From Candidatus Eiseniibacteriota bacterium (GTDB taxonomy: Bacteria; Eisenbacteria; RBG-16-71-46; CAIMUX01; VGJL01): 64,000 bases of DNA. Where the stretch lies: assembly GCA_041946735.1 (NCBI GenBank), contig JBHGAY010000026.1, forward strand, positions 1 through 64,000, given 5' to 3'. The notes beneath the pieces were generated by a model. That model did not search any database, was not told where the DNA came from, and was given only the letters and a program-made list of their open reading frames with translations. Both the position numbers and the translations under genes were made by a program. Of the stretch, positions 29,001-38,700 are shown one piece after another; within the stretch, counting starts at the first letter, position 1; every line of letters starts with the position of its first letter.

Positions 29001-29167
29001 GATACTTCATCACGAACATTTCATTGGGAGCCAGCGGGCCTTCTCCAATATCCTCGAAACGATTCGTTCAATCCTATCGTCCATCGAACCAGGTCCATCG
29101 AACCGGTGAGTGATGTTCCCCGCGCCGGGCCGCATCCCGGAGCCGCAGGGTCGTGGAGGAATCCTCG

Positions 29168-30100
29168 ATGAGAACGCTTCTGATCGCCGCGACGCTTGTC
29201 ATGCTGTGCGCCGCAGACGCCGTCCAAGCCACCGTCCTCTATCAACAGCCGCCCCGTGACGCCGGCGGGTTCTATCGCTCCTCCTGGTGGGATCCGGACG
29301 GGAGCAACTACGACGAGTACGTGTGGGATCGATTCGTGCTGAGTCAGGATGCCGACATCGACTCGATCCACTGGAGAGGCTGCTACGACCCGGCCTATTA
29401 CGGAGCGGGAGGGCCTGTCCGCGACTTCACCGTCGCCGTCTATGCGTCGATTCCCGGCGGCTCCGAACCGGACGTCGTCCACCTTCCGCTGGTCGAGTAC
29501 ACGTCCGGGGACAATGCGGGCGAGACGTTCGCCGGCGCGGCGGGCGGCGTGAATATGTACGACTATCAGTTCGCGCTCCCCGTGCCGTTCCACGCCCAGG
29601 CGGGAGTTCCGTACTGGGTGCAGATCGAAGGATGGCAGTGGGGATTCCCGGACTGGGCCATCGCGGCCGGAACGGGCGGGGACGGTTCCCACTTTCGCTG
29701 CCAGCACAACAACGAGCCAGGCAAGGACGGCGTCCCGACCGGATGCTACTTCACGCGTCCGTCCGGGGATTGCGCCTTCCACCTCTTGACCTCCGCCCCG
29801 GCTGCAGCCGTGGAGGGCTCCACGGCGGACGGAGGCTTCGCCCTGAGCGGCGTCCTGCCGAACCCCTCGCGCGGCGACCGCATGGAGATCGGCTTCCGCC
29901 TTCCGGACGACCAGCCAGCAGAGCTGGCGCTGTTCGACGTCGCGGGGCGGCGCCTCTGGAGCAGGCAAGTGGGCGGGCTCGGCGCCGGATCGCACGCGAT
30001 CGACGTCGCGACGCAAGCCCGCCTCGAGCCGGGGATCTACTTCGCGAAGCTCTCGCGCGGCGCAGAAACCGCCAAGATCAAGGTGCTCCTCACGAGATGA
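29168..30100 (+). CDS. Secreted protein with T9SS-like C-terminal domain
   Basis: GGAGG RBS; signal peptide ending VQA/T; tail PNPS...FDVAGRRL...PGIYFAKL...KIKVLLTR. Confidence 0.85.
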   Translation: MRTLLIAATLVMLCAADAVQATVLYQQPPRDAGGFYRSSWWDPDGSNYDEYVWDRFVLSQDADIDSIHWRGCYDPAYYGAGGPVRDFTVAVYASIPGGSEPDVVHLPLVEYTSGDNAGETFAGAAGGVNMYDYQFALPVPFHAQAGVPYWVQIEGWQWGFPDWAIAAGTGGDGSHFRCQHNNEPGKDGVPTGCYFTRPSGDCAFHLLTSAPAAAVEGSTADGGFALSGVLPNPSRGDRMEIGFRLPDDQPAELALFDVAGRRLWSRQVGGLGAGSHAIDVATQARLEPGIYFAKLSRGAETAKIKVLLTR

Positions 30101-30140
30101 GTGCAGTGAAAGCTGCGTGCGGTGGAAGTCGCCGGTTCCA

Positions 30141-33100
30141 TCAGCCGGCGACTTCCACGCGGCTCCTTCCACTCGCCAGCCGGCGGACGCGCACCTGCGC
30201 GCCGATCCGCTCCGACATCTCCTGAACGTGCGAAATGACGCCCACCTTCCGGCCGACGGCCTGCAGCCGGTCGAGCGCCTGCATGACGATCTCGAGCGTT
30301 TCGGCGTCGAGGCTCCCGAAACCTTCGTCGATGAAGAGGGACTCCACGCGCACGCGATGCGACGATAGCGAAGCGAGCCCGAGCGCCAGCGCCAGCGAAA
30401 CCAGGAAGCTTTCGCCACCCGACAGGGACTGCACCGACCGTCGCTCGTTCCCCATGTCCTGATCCACGACGAGGAAGGAGAGGCAGCCCGCCAGCAGCTC
30501 CAGTCTGTAGCGTGGCGCCAGATCGCGCAGGTGCCGGTTCGCGTATGCGAGGAGAACGCGAAGGCTCGTCCTCTGCGCCCATTTGCGGAACTTGTCGCCG
30601 TTGGACGAGCCGATCAGGTCGGAGAGACGACCCCAGCGATGCGCCTGGGCACGCTGCGTCTCGAGTTCCGCCCGGAGAGCGAGGTTCGTCTCGCGGCGGC
30701 GGTCGTCCATCTCGATCGCCCCGGCAAACTGCGCGCGCCTCCCATTCACGTCCTTCCGGCGCGATCGCGCTCCTTCGAGCGCCTCGCCGACCTCGGCCGA
30801 TGTCCGCTCGTCGGGCCGCGCGGCCTCGTGCGCGCGCCTGTCGCTCCGGGCGAGATCGAGAACCACGTCCGCCTCTCCTGCCTTGCGGTCGAGGACCTCG
30901 AAGCGCTCCCGCTCGCTCGCAATCCATTCTTCGTCATGAACGAGGAGAGTCGCGAGCTCTGCCCGATCGGCAGGACGGACCGTTCCCGGGCGAGCCGGGT
31001 CCGCCCGCAGCCAGTCGTCCAGCTCCTTCTGCGCGCCTTCGCGCGCCTCCTTGCGCCGGCCTTCCTCGACCGCGGCTTCCGAAGCCCTCGTCTCGGCCTC
31101 GGTGTGCTTCCGGAGCGCTTCCTCGCGCGCTCTCCGAGCTTCGTCCCGGATGCGCTCCGCCCGCGCGACCTCCTGTCGGAGCGAAGCCTCGACTTCCGCG
31201 ACCGGCCGGCCGCCGAGCGCGTTGCGCCGCTCCCGCTCGGTGGCCTCCAGTCTCCCCGTCATTTCGCGGAAGTCGCTCTCGGCCGCCGTCAAGCGTCCCG
31301 CGGCATCCTCCGCCGTCTTCTGGAGGGCCGGCAGCGCCCCTTCGATGCCCACCACGTCGCGGTTCGCGTCCTCCGCGGCGCGAACCTGCTCAGTCCAACC
31401 GCGAACCTCTCCCGCGAGCCGCTGATGGAACGCGGCCGGATCGCCTTCCCATTCCGATCGCCACTCGGTCCCTTGCAGCCCGGCCAGAGCATCGAGCGAG
31501 TCGAGCAGGCTCGCCAGCTCCTGCTCCTTGCCACGGACAGTGTCACGCGCCGCCTGAGTCTGACCCGTGAGTCCGCGGTCCTCCGCGCCGCTCGCGTCCG
31601 CCGCCGCCTGCGCCGCGGACGCCTTCCCCTGCGCCTCCTCGAGGCTCCTCCGCGCCCGGTCGACGGCGTCCGCCGCCCGCCTCGCCTCCTCGTCTTGATC
31701 GGTGCTCTCCTGCCATCTCGCACGAGACTTCGCCGTTTCGCTCTCGAGCCACCCGCGGACCTCTTCCTCCGGGACGGCGCCCGCTTCCGCGTGCACCGGA
31801 TGGTCGCGCCAGTCGGCGTCCGCCTGCTTCCAGCTCGGCTCCAGCAGCTGGACCGACTCCTCCCGCAACGTTTCCCTGCGCTTGCGCTTCTGATCGAGTG
31901 TCGCACGCGCCTGCGCCTCTTCATTGACCCGCTCCCGATGCTCGCTGCGAAGGCGATCCCGCTCCGCGGTGAGCTGATCTCGCGTCTTGCGCAGCGTCGT
32001 GGAGTCGCCCGCGTAGGGGTGCTCGCACGCGCCGCAGACGGGACATGGTTCGCCCTCCTCGAGGCTCTCCCGAAGGCTCTCGGCCGTCTGCGCGCAGGCC
32101 GCCTCGAAGATCCGCAGGGACTGCTCGGCCTGTTCCGCTCGCTCGGCCGCCGCGGCCAGCGATTCCTTGAGAGCGGCGGCCTCGCGCTCGCCCTCGTCGA
32201 TTTCCCCAGCGAGGCGCGTCTTCTCGGCCTCGCTCGCAGCCCGCTGCTCACGGACGATCCGTCTCCGCTCCCACACCTGCGCCGCGCTCGCCAGCAGAGT
32301 GATCCGGCTCGTGGCGTCGCGCAGGGCTTGCGCGATCGCCTCACGGTCGAACCGGCTCGACGCTTCCACCGCCTGCTCCACCTTGGTCTTCGCCTCGCGC
32401 TCGGCGGCGCGGGCTTTCTCGAGCCGCCCGGCGTCCTCGTGCGCTTGACGGGCAGCTTCGGCGGCAAGGCGTTCCGCCTCGTCCAGGCTCGCTCGCAGAT
32501 CGGCCAGGTTGCGCCGCCGGTCGGCCGCTTCTACGAGCCGGTTGTCGTGGAGCGCCCAACTCTCGGCGATCGGGCGGATGCGCTCGTGCTCCTCGATCCA
32601 GCGGCCGGCGCGCTCCTGTCGCTCTTTCGCGGTCCGCAGGCGCGCGGCCGCCTCCGCTTGGGCGTTCTCGGCTTCGTTCTTTTCCGCGCGCAGTTTCTCG
32701 AGGCCCCGCTCTCTCGTCTCTTTCTCGGAGCGCAGGGGCGCGAGCGTTCCGTCGAGCTCCCGGGCCTTGTCGATCTCGGTCTTCGCGTCGTCCCGGGCGG
32801 AGCACGCGTCCTGCGCGGCTCGCTCGGCCGCCTCGAGGGTCCGTTCGGCCGCTTCCTTGGACGCCGCGGAGTCCTCGAGTTCCTTCCGCCGCTCCGCCGC
32901 CTGCGCTACCGCGGAGGCCTCCGCCTTCTCCTCGCGAACGAGACCGGCAAGCAGCGGGCGCGCCGCCCGCGCCTCTTCGACGCGCGCAAGCCGATCACGG
33001 TCAGGCTGCGTGAGGCGGACCCGCTCGTGGGCGTCACGCGCGGCCGTCCCCGCCTGATCCTCTTTCTCGGCCAGGCGGGCGCCGTCCTCGTGCCAACGCA

Positions 33101-33887
33101 GATAGCCTTGCAGCTCGTCGATCTCACGTTGCAGGGCCTCGCACTCCTCCGAAGCGGCCCGGTGATTCTCGACGAGGCTCGCACGCTGTTCCTCCGCGAG
33201 CGGGGCCTCTCCCTCGATGCGCCTCTCGAGCGTGGTGACGGCGGCGACCTCGGCCTTGGCGCGCTCGAACGCCCGCTTCGACAGCTCCGAGAAGCGCTCC
33301 GTCCCCGTCAGCCTCTCGAGGAGCTCGGCACGGTCGTTGTCGTCCGCTTGCAGGAAGGAGGCGAACTCGTTCTGCGCGAGGAGCACCGCGCGGGTGAACT
33401 GATCGAAGGTGAGGCCCACCCGCTTCTGGATCTCATCGAGCACTTCGCGCTTCTGGTCCCCGAGCCGCTGGCCGTCGCCGATCCGCTCGATCGTCATCTC
33501 GCTCTGCTGGAGCTTTCCCGACGCTCGCCCCCGCGCGCGGCGGACCGACCATCGGGCGCGGCAGGCAACGCCGTCGCACCCCTCGAAGTCCACCTCGGCG
33601 AACCCCTCGGTGCAGCCGCGCCGGAGCACGCTGCGCGGATCGGCGGGCGTCATGGTCTCGCTGCCCACGTCGGGCAGCTCGATCCCCTTCGTGTGGCTGC
33701 GCGCGAGGCGGGGCGTCTCGTTGTACAGCGCCAGGCACAGGGCATCGAGGAGCGTGCTCTTGCCTGACCCGGTCGGACCGCAGATCGCGAAGATCCCGGC
33801 GGCGGCGAGAGGCGCCGACCGGAAGTCGACCTCGAAATCCCCGGCGAGAGACGCGAGGTTCCGGCCACGGATCGCCAGGATTCTCAT
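30141..33887 (-). CDS. sbcC: Exonuclease SbcC (Rad50-like)
   Basis: MRILAIRGRNLASL, GPTGSGKS, LLAQNEF Q-loop, long coiled coil with CPVC hook, LSGGE, LFIDEGFGSLD. Confidence 0.95.
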   Translation of the reverse strand: MRILAIRGRNLASLAGDFEVDFRSAPLAAAGIFAICGPTGSGKSTLLDALCLALYNETPRLARSHTKGIELPDVGSETMTPADPRSVLRRGCTEGFAEVDFEGCDGVACRARWSVRRARGRASGKLQQSEMTIERIGDGQRLGDQKREVLDEIQKRVGLTFDQFTRAVLLAQNEFASFLQADDNDRAELLERLTGTERFSELSKRAFERAKAEVAAVTTLERRIEGEAPLAEEQRASLVENHRAASEECEALQREIDELQGYLRWHEDGARLAEKEDQAGTAARDAHERVRLTQPDRDRLARVEEARAARPLLAGLVREEKAEASAVAQAAERRKELEDSAASKEAAERTLEAAERAAQDACSARDDAKTEIDKARELDGTLAPLRSEKETRERGLEKLRAEKNEAENAQAEAAARLRTAKERQERAGRWIEEHERIRPIAESWALHDNRLVEAADRRRNLADLRASLDEAERLAAEAARQAHEDAGRLEKARAAEREAKTKVEQAVEASSRFDREAIAQALRDATSRITLLASAAQVWERRRIVREQRAASEAEKTRLAGEIDEGEREAAALKESLAAAAERAEQAEQSLRIFEAACAQTAESLRESLEEGEPCPVCGACEHPYAGDSTTLRKTRDQLTAERDRLRSEHRERVNEEAQARATLDQKRKRRETLREESVQLLEPSWKQADADWRDHPVHAEAGAVPEEEVRGWLESETAKSRARWQESTDQDEEARRAADAVDRARRSLEEAQGKASAAQAAADASGAEDRGLTGQTQAARDTVRGKEQELASLLDSLDALAGLQGTEWRSEWEGDPAAFHQRLAGEVRGWTEQVRAAEDANRDVVGIEGALPALQKTAEDAAGRLTAAESDFREMTGRLEATERERRNALGGRPVAEVEASLRQEVARAERIRDEARRAREEALRKHTEAETRASEAAVEEGRRKEAREGAQKELDDWLRADPARPGTVRPADRAELATLLVHDEEWIASERERFEVLDRKAGEADVVLDLARSDRRAHEAARPDERTSAEVGEALEGARSRRKDVNGRRAQFAGAIEMDDRRRETNLALRAELETQRAQAHRWGRLSDLIGSSNGDKFRKWAQRTSLRVLLAYANRHLRDLAPRYRLELLAGCLSFLVVDQDMGNERRSVQSLSGGESFLVSLALALGLASLSSHRVRVESLFIDEGFGSLDAETLEIVMQALDRLQAVGRKVGVISHVQEMSERIGAQVRVRRLASGRSRVEVAG

Positions 33888-35212
33888 CGACGCGCCTCCT
33901 TTGCGGTGACTCGACGCGGCTTCGTCGCCGCCGCAGACACAGACGCTCCCTCCTCCTTCTCCCCCTCCGCCGAGTCGCGCAACAGCTCCTGGAACGTCGC
34001 GAGCAACTCCGGCTCGGGGTCCCACTCGTACAAGCTCCGGTGCAGGTCGAGGAAAACCGCTTCGGGATCCAGCCGCTCGAGGTCCTCGAGACCGAAGCCG
34101 CCCGCGGCCTCCTCGCCGGCGTTCGACGAAGGCCGGCTCCCGTCGGTGCTCGAGATGCGGGCGAAGCGCAGCGGCTTGCCTTCGAGCGCTTCGTCCAGCC
34201 GAGCGCGCAGCCCCGGCTCCGGACCGGCCAGCGCGACCCGGAACTCGAGGTAGGGGTGCCGCTCCGCGGAGAGATCCCGCTCGGGCCGCCACGCGCGCAC
34301 CGCCGCGAGCGCCTCCTCGAGCGGCGCGTGCTTCTCCGGGATCCGCACCAGCTCGACGTGCCGCGGAATCCGAATCGCCTCGACGGACGTCACGCCGGCG
34401 CCGTCGAGGTCGACCCGCACGATCTGATGCACGTACTCGATCTCCTCGAAGGAGAGAGGCATCGGGCTGCCGCAGTAGCGACGGCTCTCGCTTCCGCCCA
34501 CCTTCTGCGGCCGGTGAAGATGCCCGAGCGCCGCGTAGGCGATGCAGGGATCGAGGAGCGAGGTGGGGAGCGCCTCGGCGCCTCCCACCACGAGGGCACG
34601 CTCGGACGCCGACCCTGCTCCGCCGGCCAGGTGGATGTGTCCGAGGGCGACGATCGCGATCGGCCGGTCGCCGCGCAGTTCCTGCGCGCGGGCGACGCAT
34701 CGCTGGTACAGCGCGGTTACGCCTGCGGCATACGGGTCCCCTTCGCATTCGTCGCCTGTCGCGCGGGCGGGTAGGTCGCTCGCGCGCACGAACGGGATCG
34801 CGACGCAATACGCGCCGATCTCCCCATCGCGGCCGGTCAAGGGGACGACCATACGGTCGACAGCGTCGGAGCGCTCCAGCCGTCCGCTTCCCACGACCTT
34901 CACCTCGAGCCCGTCCAGGATCGGCTGCGGAGCCTCGAAACGAGCGGCGGAATCATGGTTCCCGGCGATCAGGACGATGTCGAGCGAAGGGGATCGCCGC
35001 TTCGCGTCGGCCAGGAAACGGTAGAACCGCCGCATGGACGACGCGGGTGGATTGCCGGTGTCGAAGACGTCGCCCGCGACCAGCAGCGCGTCCGCCTCCT
35101 GCCGCCCGATCTCTTCGAGCAGCCAATCGAGGAAGGCCTGGTGCTCCGCCTCGCGGTCGTGGTTGTAGAAGGACTGACCCAGGTGCCAATCGCCCGTGTG
35201 AAGGATGCGCAC
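33884..35212 (-). CDS. sbcD: Exonuclease SbcD (Mre11-like)
   Basis: HTGDWHLG, AGDVFD, AGNHD, ALGHLH, YCGSP; stop overlaps the sbcC start. Confidence 0.95.
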   Translation of the reverse strand: MRILHTGDWHLGQSFYNHDREAEHQAFLDWLLEEIGRQEADALLVAGDVFDTGNPPASSMRRFYRFLADAKRRSPSLDIVLIAGNHDSAARFEAPQPILDGLEVKVVGSGRLERSDAVDRMVVPLTGRDGEIGAYCVAIPFVRASDLPARATGDECEGDPYAAGVTALYQRCVARAQELRGDRPIAIVALGHIHLAGGAGSASERALVVGGAEALPTSLLDPCIAYAALGHLHRPQKVGGSESRRYCGSPMPLSFEEIEYVHQIVRVDLDGAGVTSVEAIRIPRHVELVRIPEKHAPLEEALAAVRAWRPERDLSAERHPYLEFRVALAGPEPGLRARLDEALEGKPLRFARISSTDGSRPSSNAGEEAAGGFGLEDLERLDPEAVFLDLHRSLYEWDPEPELLATFQELLRDSAEGEKEEGASVSAAATKPRRVTAKEARR

Positions 35213-35641
35213 GCTCGCCCTCGCTTTCGCTCGTGAAAGGTATTCCAGCCGGCCATCCGCGGCAGACGTCCGGTGGCAAAGGCGCACCGAGAACCTAAGG
35301 CCGGCGGCGCGTCGCGCCAACCGCGAATCCGTCCCGTTGCACCTCGTGTCTTGATTCGTTCTCGGCCGGGCGCTTGCCGCTTCCCTCCAGCGGATGCTGT
35401 AGCGGCGGACGGAAAGCGAGCAGGGAGGACCTTGAGGACCACACGCCGGCATCCGGAAGGATTGGGGAGAAGACTCTCCCCCGGCGGCGGCCGTGGCCGG
35501 ACCTCCCTGCGATGGGCGCCCGCGGTACTGCACGGCGGGCGCTCCAACCTCACGAGGGACAATCTAGCAGCGGGGGGGTGACAGGAGTTGACGCCCCATG
35601 CGCCGCGTCGCCGCTCATCCGCCTGGGAAGAAGCGAAGGAC

Positions 35642-35689
35642 GGGAGAGCGCAGGGGCCGGCCCCTCGCCGAGGCCCCTTCCGCTCTCCC
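35642..35689 (-). terminator. Hairpin downstream of the FG-GAP gene
   Basis: gggagagcg/cgctctccc outer stem plus aggggcc/ggcccct inner stem, about 35 nt after the stop codon. Confidence 0.45.
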
Positions 35690-35722
35690 GTCCTGGGAAG
35701 ATCAAGTCAGAGGGCGAGGATG

Positions 35723-38700
35723 TTACTCCACGCGCACCACCCGCGCGTGCGCTTCCTCGCCGCCCGCCGCGACGCGGATCCAGTACGTGCCGGCCGGAAC
35801 GCGCCGCCCGTCGCTCCGCTTGCCGTCCCAGACGATGCGATGCTCGCCGGGCGGCTCGGCCGCGTCGTTCAGCAGCAGGCGGACGAGGCGGCCCTGGAGA
35901 TCATGCACGGTCACGCGCGCCTCGCCAGCCTCCTGCTGCACCCATGCGATCGTCGCGCCCGAGCGGAACGGGTTCGGGCTGCACGAGAGCGAGAGACGGC
36001 TCCCGCCGCCCACGCCGCCGGCGACGGGCTCGACGGCGGCCGGGCTCTCTCCCGTCCGTAGATCCATTTCGGCCGCGCCATTGCCGGTCGCGTGGAACCA
36101 TGGCGTCCTCGGGAAATAGGGATTGCGCGACGCCATCCGCATCCGCCAGCACCAGCCGCGCGGTCCTACGAGACCGTGCACCGTCTCGCGGATCTCGATC
36201 GAGCTGCCGATGCTCGGCTCGGAATCGGGAATGCCGGTGTCGTAGGTCGCGCCGGAAACGATTCCGCTGCCGGTGAACGGAGTGCCGAATCGCACCACCT
36301 GCCATTCCAGGCGGACGTCGTCGCGGCCGGCCGGCGTGCGGCCGACCGCCCGCAGCCCGAACCCGCTCCAGTGGTCCGTGAAGGCGAGAAGCCCCACGGG
36401 AGTCGTATCGTCCTGCCGCCACTGATCAGGCGAGCGGAGCAGGCCCCGGCTGCGATTGCCGTAGTAGACGAAACCGCGGCCCTCGTCCGCCTGTCCTTGG
36501 TCGTGCATGGGAGCGCCGACGAGAACGTCGGAGAAGCCATCGCCGTTGACATCCGCCGAGGCGACGGACTCGCCGAAGTCCGCTCCGGACTGCGCGCCGC
36601 CGATCGTCGCCGCGAGGCATTGGATCCCGTCGGGCGAGCCCGGCTCCCAGGCGACGAGCCCGGCGTCGCCCACCCCCTCCCAGGCGGCGTGCGGAGCGGA
36701 GACGAGCACGTCGGAGTAGCCGTCTCCATCGACGTCGCCGGCCGGGGCGACGCAGTAGCCGGCTCGGTCGCCGCCCGCGACTCCGATGATCTTCCAGTCG
36801 GCCTCGTCGGGAATGTGTCCGGCGTAGCCCACCTCCGAGCCGTGGAAGCACATCGCGAGGCCACAGTGCTCGCCGGCGAACGAGAACTCCGGCATGCCGA
36901 TGAGGAGATCGGAGTAGCTGTCGCCGTTGACGTCGCCCGCGTGCGCCACCGACCATCCGAGATGGCCTCCCTGCTCCTCTCCTTCGAATTGCCAAGCGGG
37001 AACGTGGCTGGCGCCTTCCTCGTGACCGAGGAACACGTGAGCGATCCCTTCGTCCGGGAGGCCGTTGTCCATGTAGGGGGCGCCGACGACGACGTCGGAA
37101 AACATGTCGCCGTTGGCGTCGCCGGCCGTCGACACGCTCCAACCGTAAGAGGCGCCGGCCTGTCCTCCTTCGGCGACCCAGTCGGGAGAGGCGGGCGGGC
37201 CGCTGGCGGACCCGTGGTAGATCACCGCCGCGCCCTCCGAGGCTTCTCCGTGGGAGTATCCGGGAACGCCGATGAGGATGTCCGCGTAGCCGTCACCGTT
37301 CACGTCGCCCGCCCAGGCGACGGACTGGCCGTAATGCGCGTCGACCTGCGCCGCCTGTCCGCGCCAGTTCGCGTTGGCCGGATTGCCGGACGGCGGCGGG
37401 CCTTCGTTCGTCCCGCGCCAGATGAACGCGCCTCCGCTGTCCTCGATACCGGAGTAGTCGTAGTCGGGAGCGCCGATCAGCACGTCGTCATAGCCGTCGG
37501 CGTCGACGTCCCCGGCGCCGGCCACCGCGCTTCCCAAGGCGGCGCCCTGCTGGTTGCCCTCCGCATACCAATCCGGGACGACGCTCGGTCCGACGCCATG
37601 CCCGAGGAAGAGGAACGCCGCTCCCTCGTCCACCTGGCCGAGGTCATAGCCGGGCGCGCCGACGAGGATGTCCTCGCATCCGTCGCCGTTGACGTCGCCC
37701 GCGCTCGCGATCGACGCCCCGAAGCTCGCGCTCACCTGGTTCGGCTCGATCACCCATCCTGGGGACGAACGAGGCCCCTCGCCCGAGCCGAGGAAGAGAT
37801 AGGCCCGGCCGTCGTATTCGTATTCCGTGGAGTACATGGGCTCGCCCACGAGGAAGTCGCTGAAGCCGTCGCCGTTCACGTCGCCCGCCGTGACGACGAG
37901 CTCGCCCATGCGGCTCTCCGGCTGGTCGGCGACGAAGACCCAATCCGGCTCGGTGGAGATCTCGAGGCGGTTGCCGTAGAAGAGCTCGGCCTTGCCGATT
38001 CCGTCGATCGTCATCGTCTCCGGCTCGCCCACGAGGAAGTCGGCCAAGCCGTCGCCGTTGACGTCGCCCGCCGTCCCCAGTCCATCGCCGCAGTAAGTCG
38101 TCGGGTTCTCCCCGACGCGGGACCAGATCTCCTCGCCCAGGCCTGCGGCGCCGCCGGGGAAGAGGTGCGCGGAGTTCAGGTCAGCGACGAGGACGTCGGC
38201 GTAGCCGTCTCCGTTGACGTCGCCCGCGAGGGCGACGGATTCCCCGTAGTAGCTGTAGCTCGTGCCGTCCTGCGTCCAGGAAGGCGTGGGTGAAAGCCCG
38301 GACGCGGAACCTCTGTATAGGTAAACCCGGCCGGTCTCGTGGTAGTGGGTCGATCCCACGAGCAGGTCGTCATAGCCGTCCGCGTCGATGTCCCCGGCGG
38401 TCGAGAGAGAGACTCCGTAGAAAGCGGCCTCGTTCTCCGCTTCGGTCATCCACGCCGGCGAGTCCTCGAGTCCGGACGCCGAACCGTGATAGACCCAGAC
38501 GGCGCCTCCACGATGGAAGGTGCCGTCGTGGAGGTAGTCGCTGATCGCCACGTCGCTGTACCCGTCGCCGTTCACGTCGCCCGCAAGCGCCAGGCCGTAG
38601 CCGAACGTGAAGGTCGTGTCGGGCGCAAACGTTCGCACCGACCAGGCGGGTCCGGTCGGGCCGGACGGCGAGCCGTGATAGACATAGACGGTCCCTCGCG

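Noticed and set aside
30531..33767. 1078-aa plus-strand ORF
   Set aside because: Antisense shadow of sbcC, expected at high GC. The same applies to 36092-38293, 45348-47633 and 51910-54024.
33888..34808. N-terminal extension giving a 1555-aa SbcC
   Set aside because: Overlaps sbcD in another frame; the canonical MRILAI start with an RBS is at 33887.
30141..35212. SMC-based defence system (Wadjet/Lamassu)
   Set aside because: Canonical sbcD-sbcC pair with a zinc hook and no accessory genes.
35445..35470. SRP RNA (TCCGGAAGGA tetraloop)
   Set aside because: The flanking CAGG and AGCAG of the SRP helix 8 internal loop are absent.
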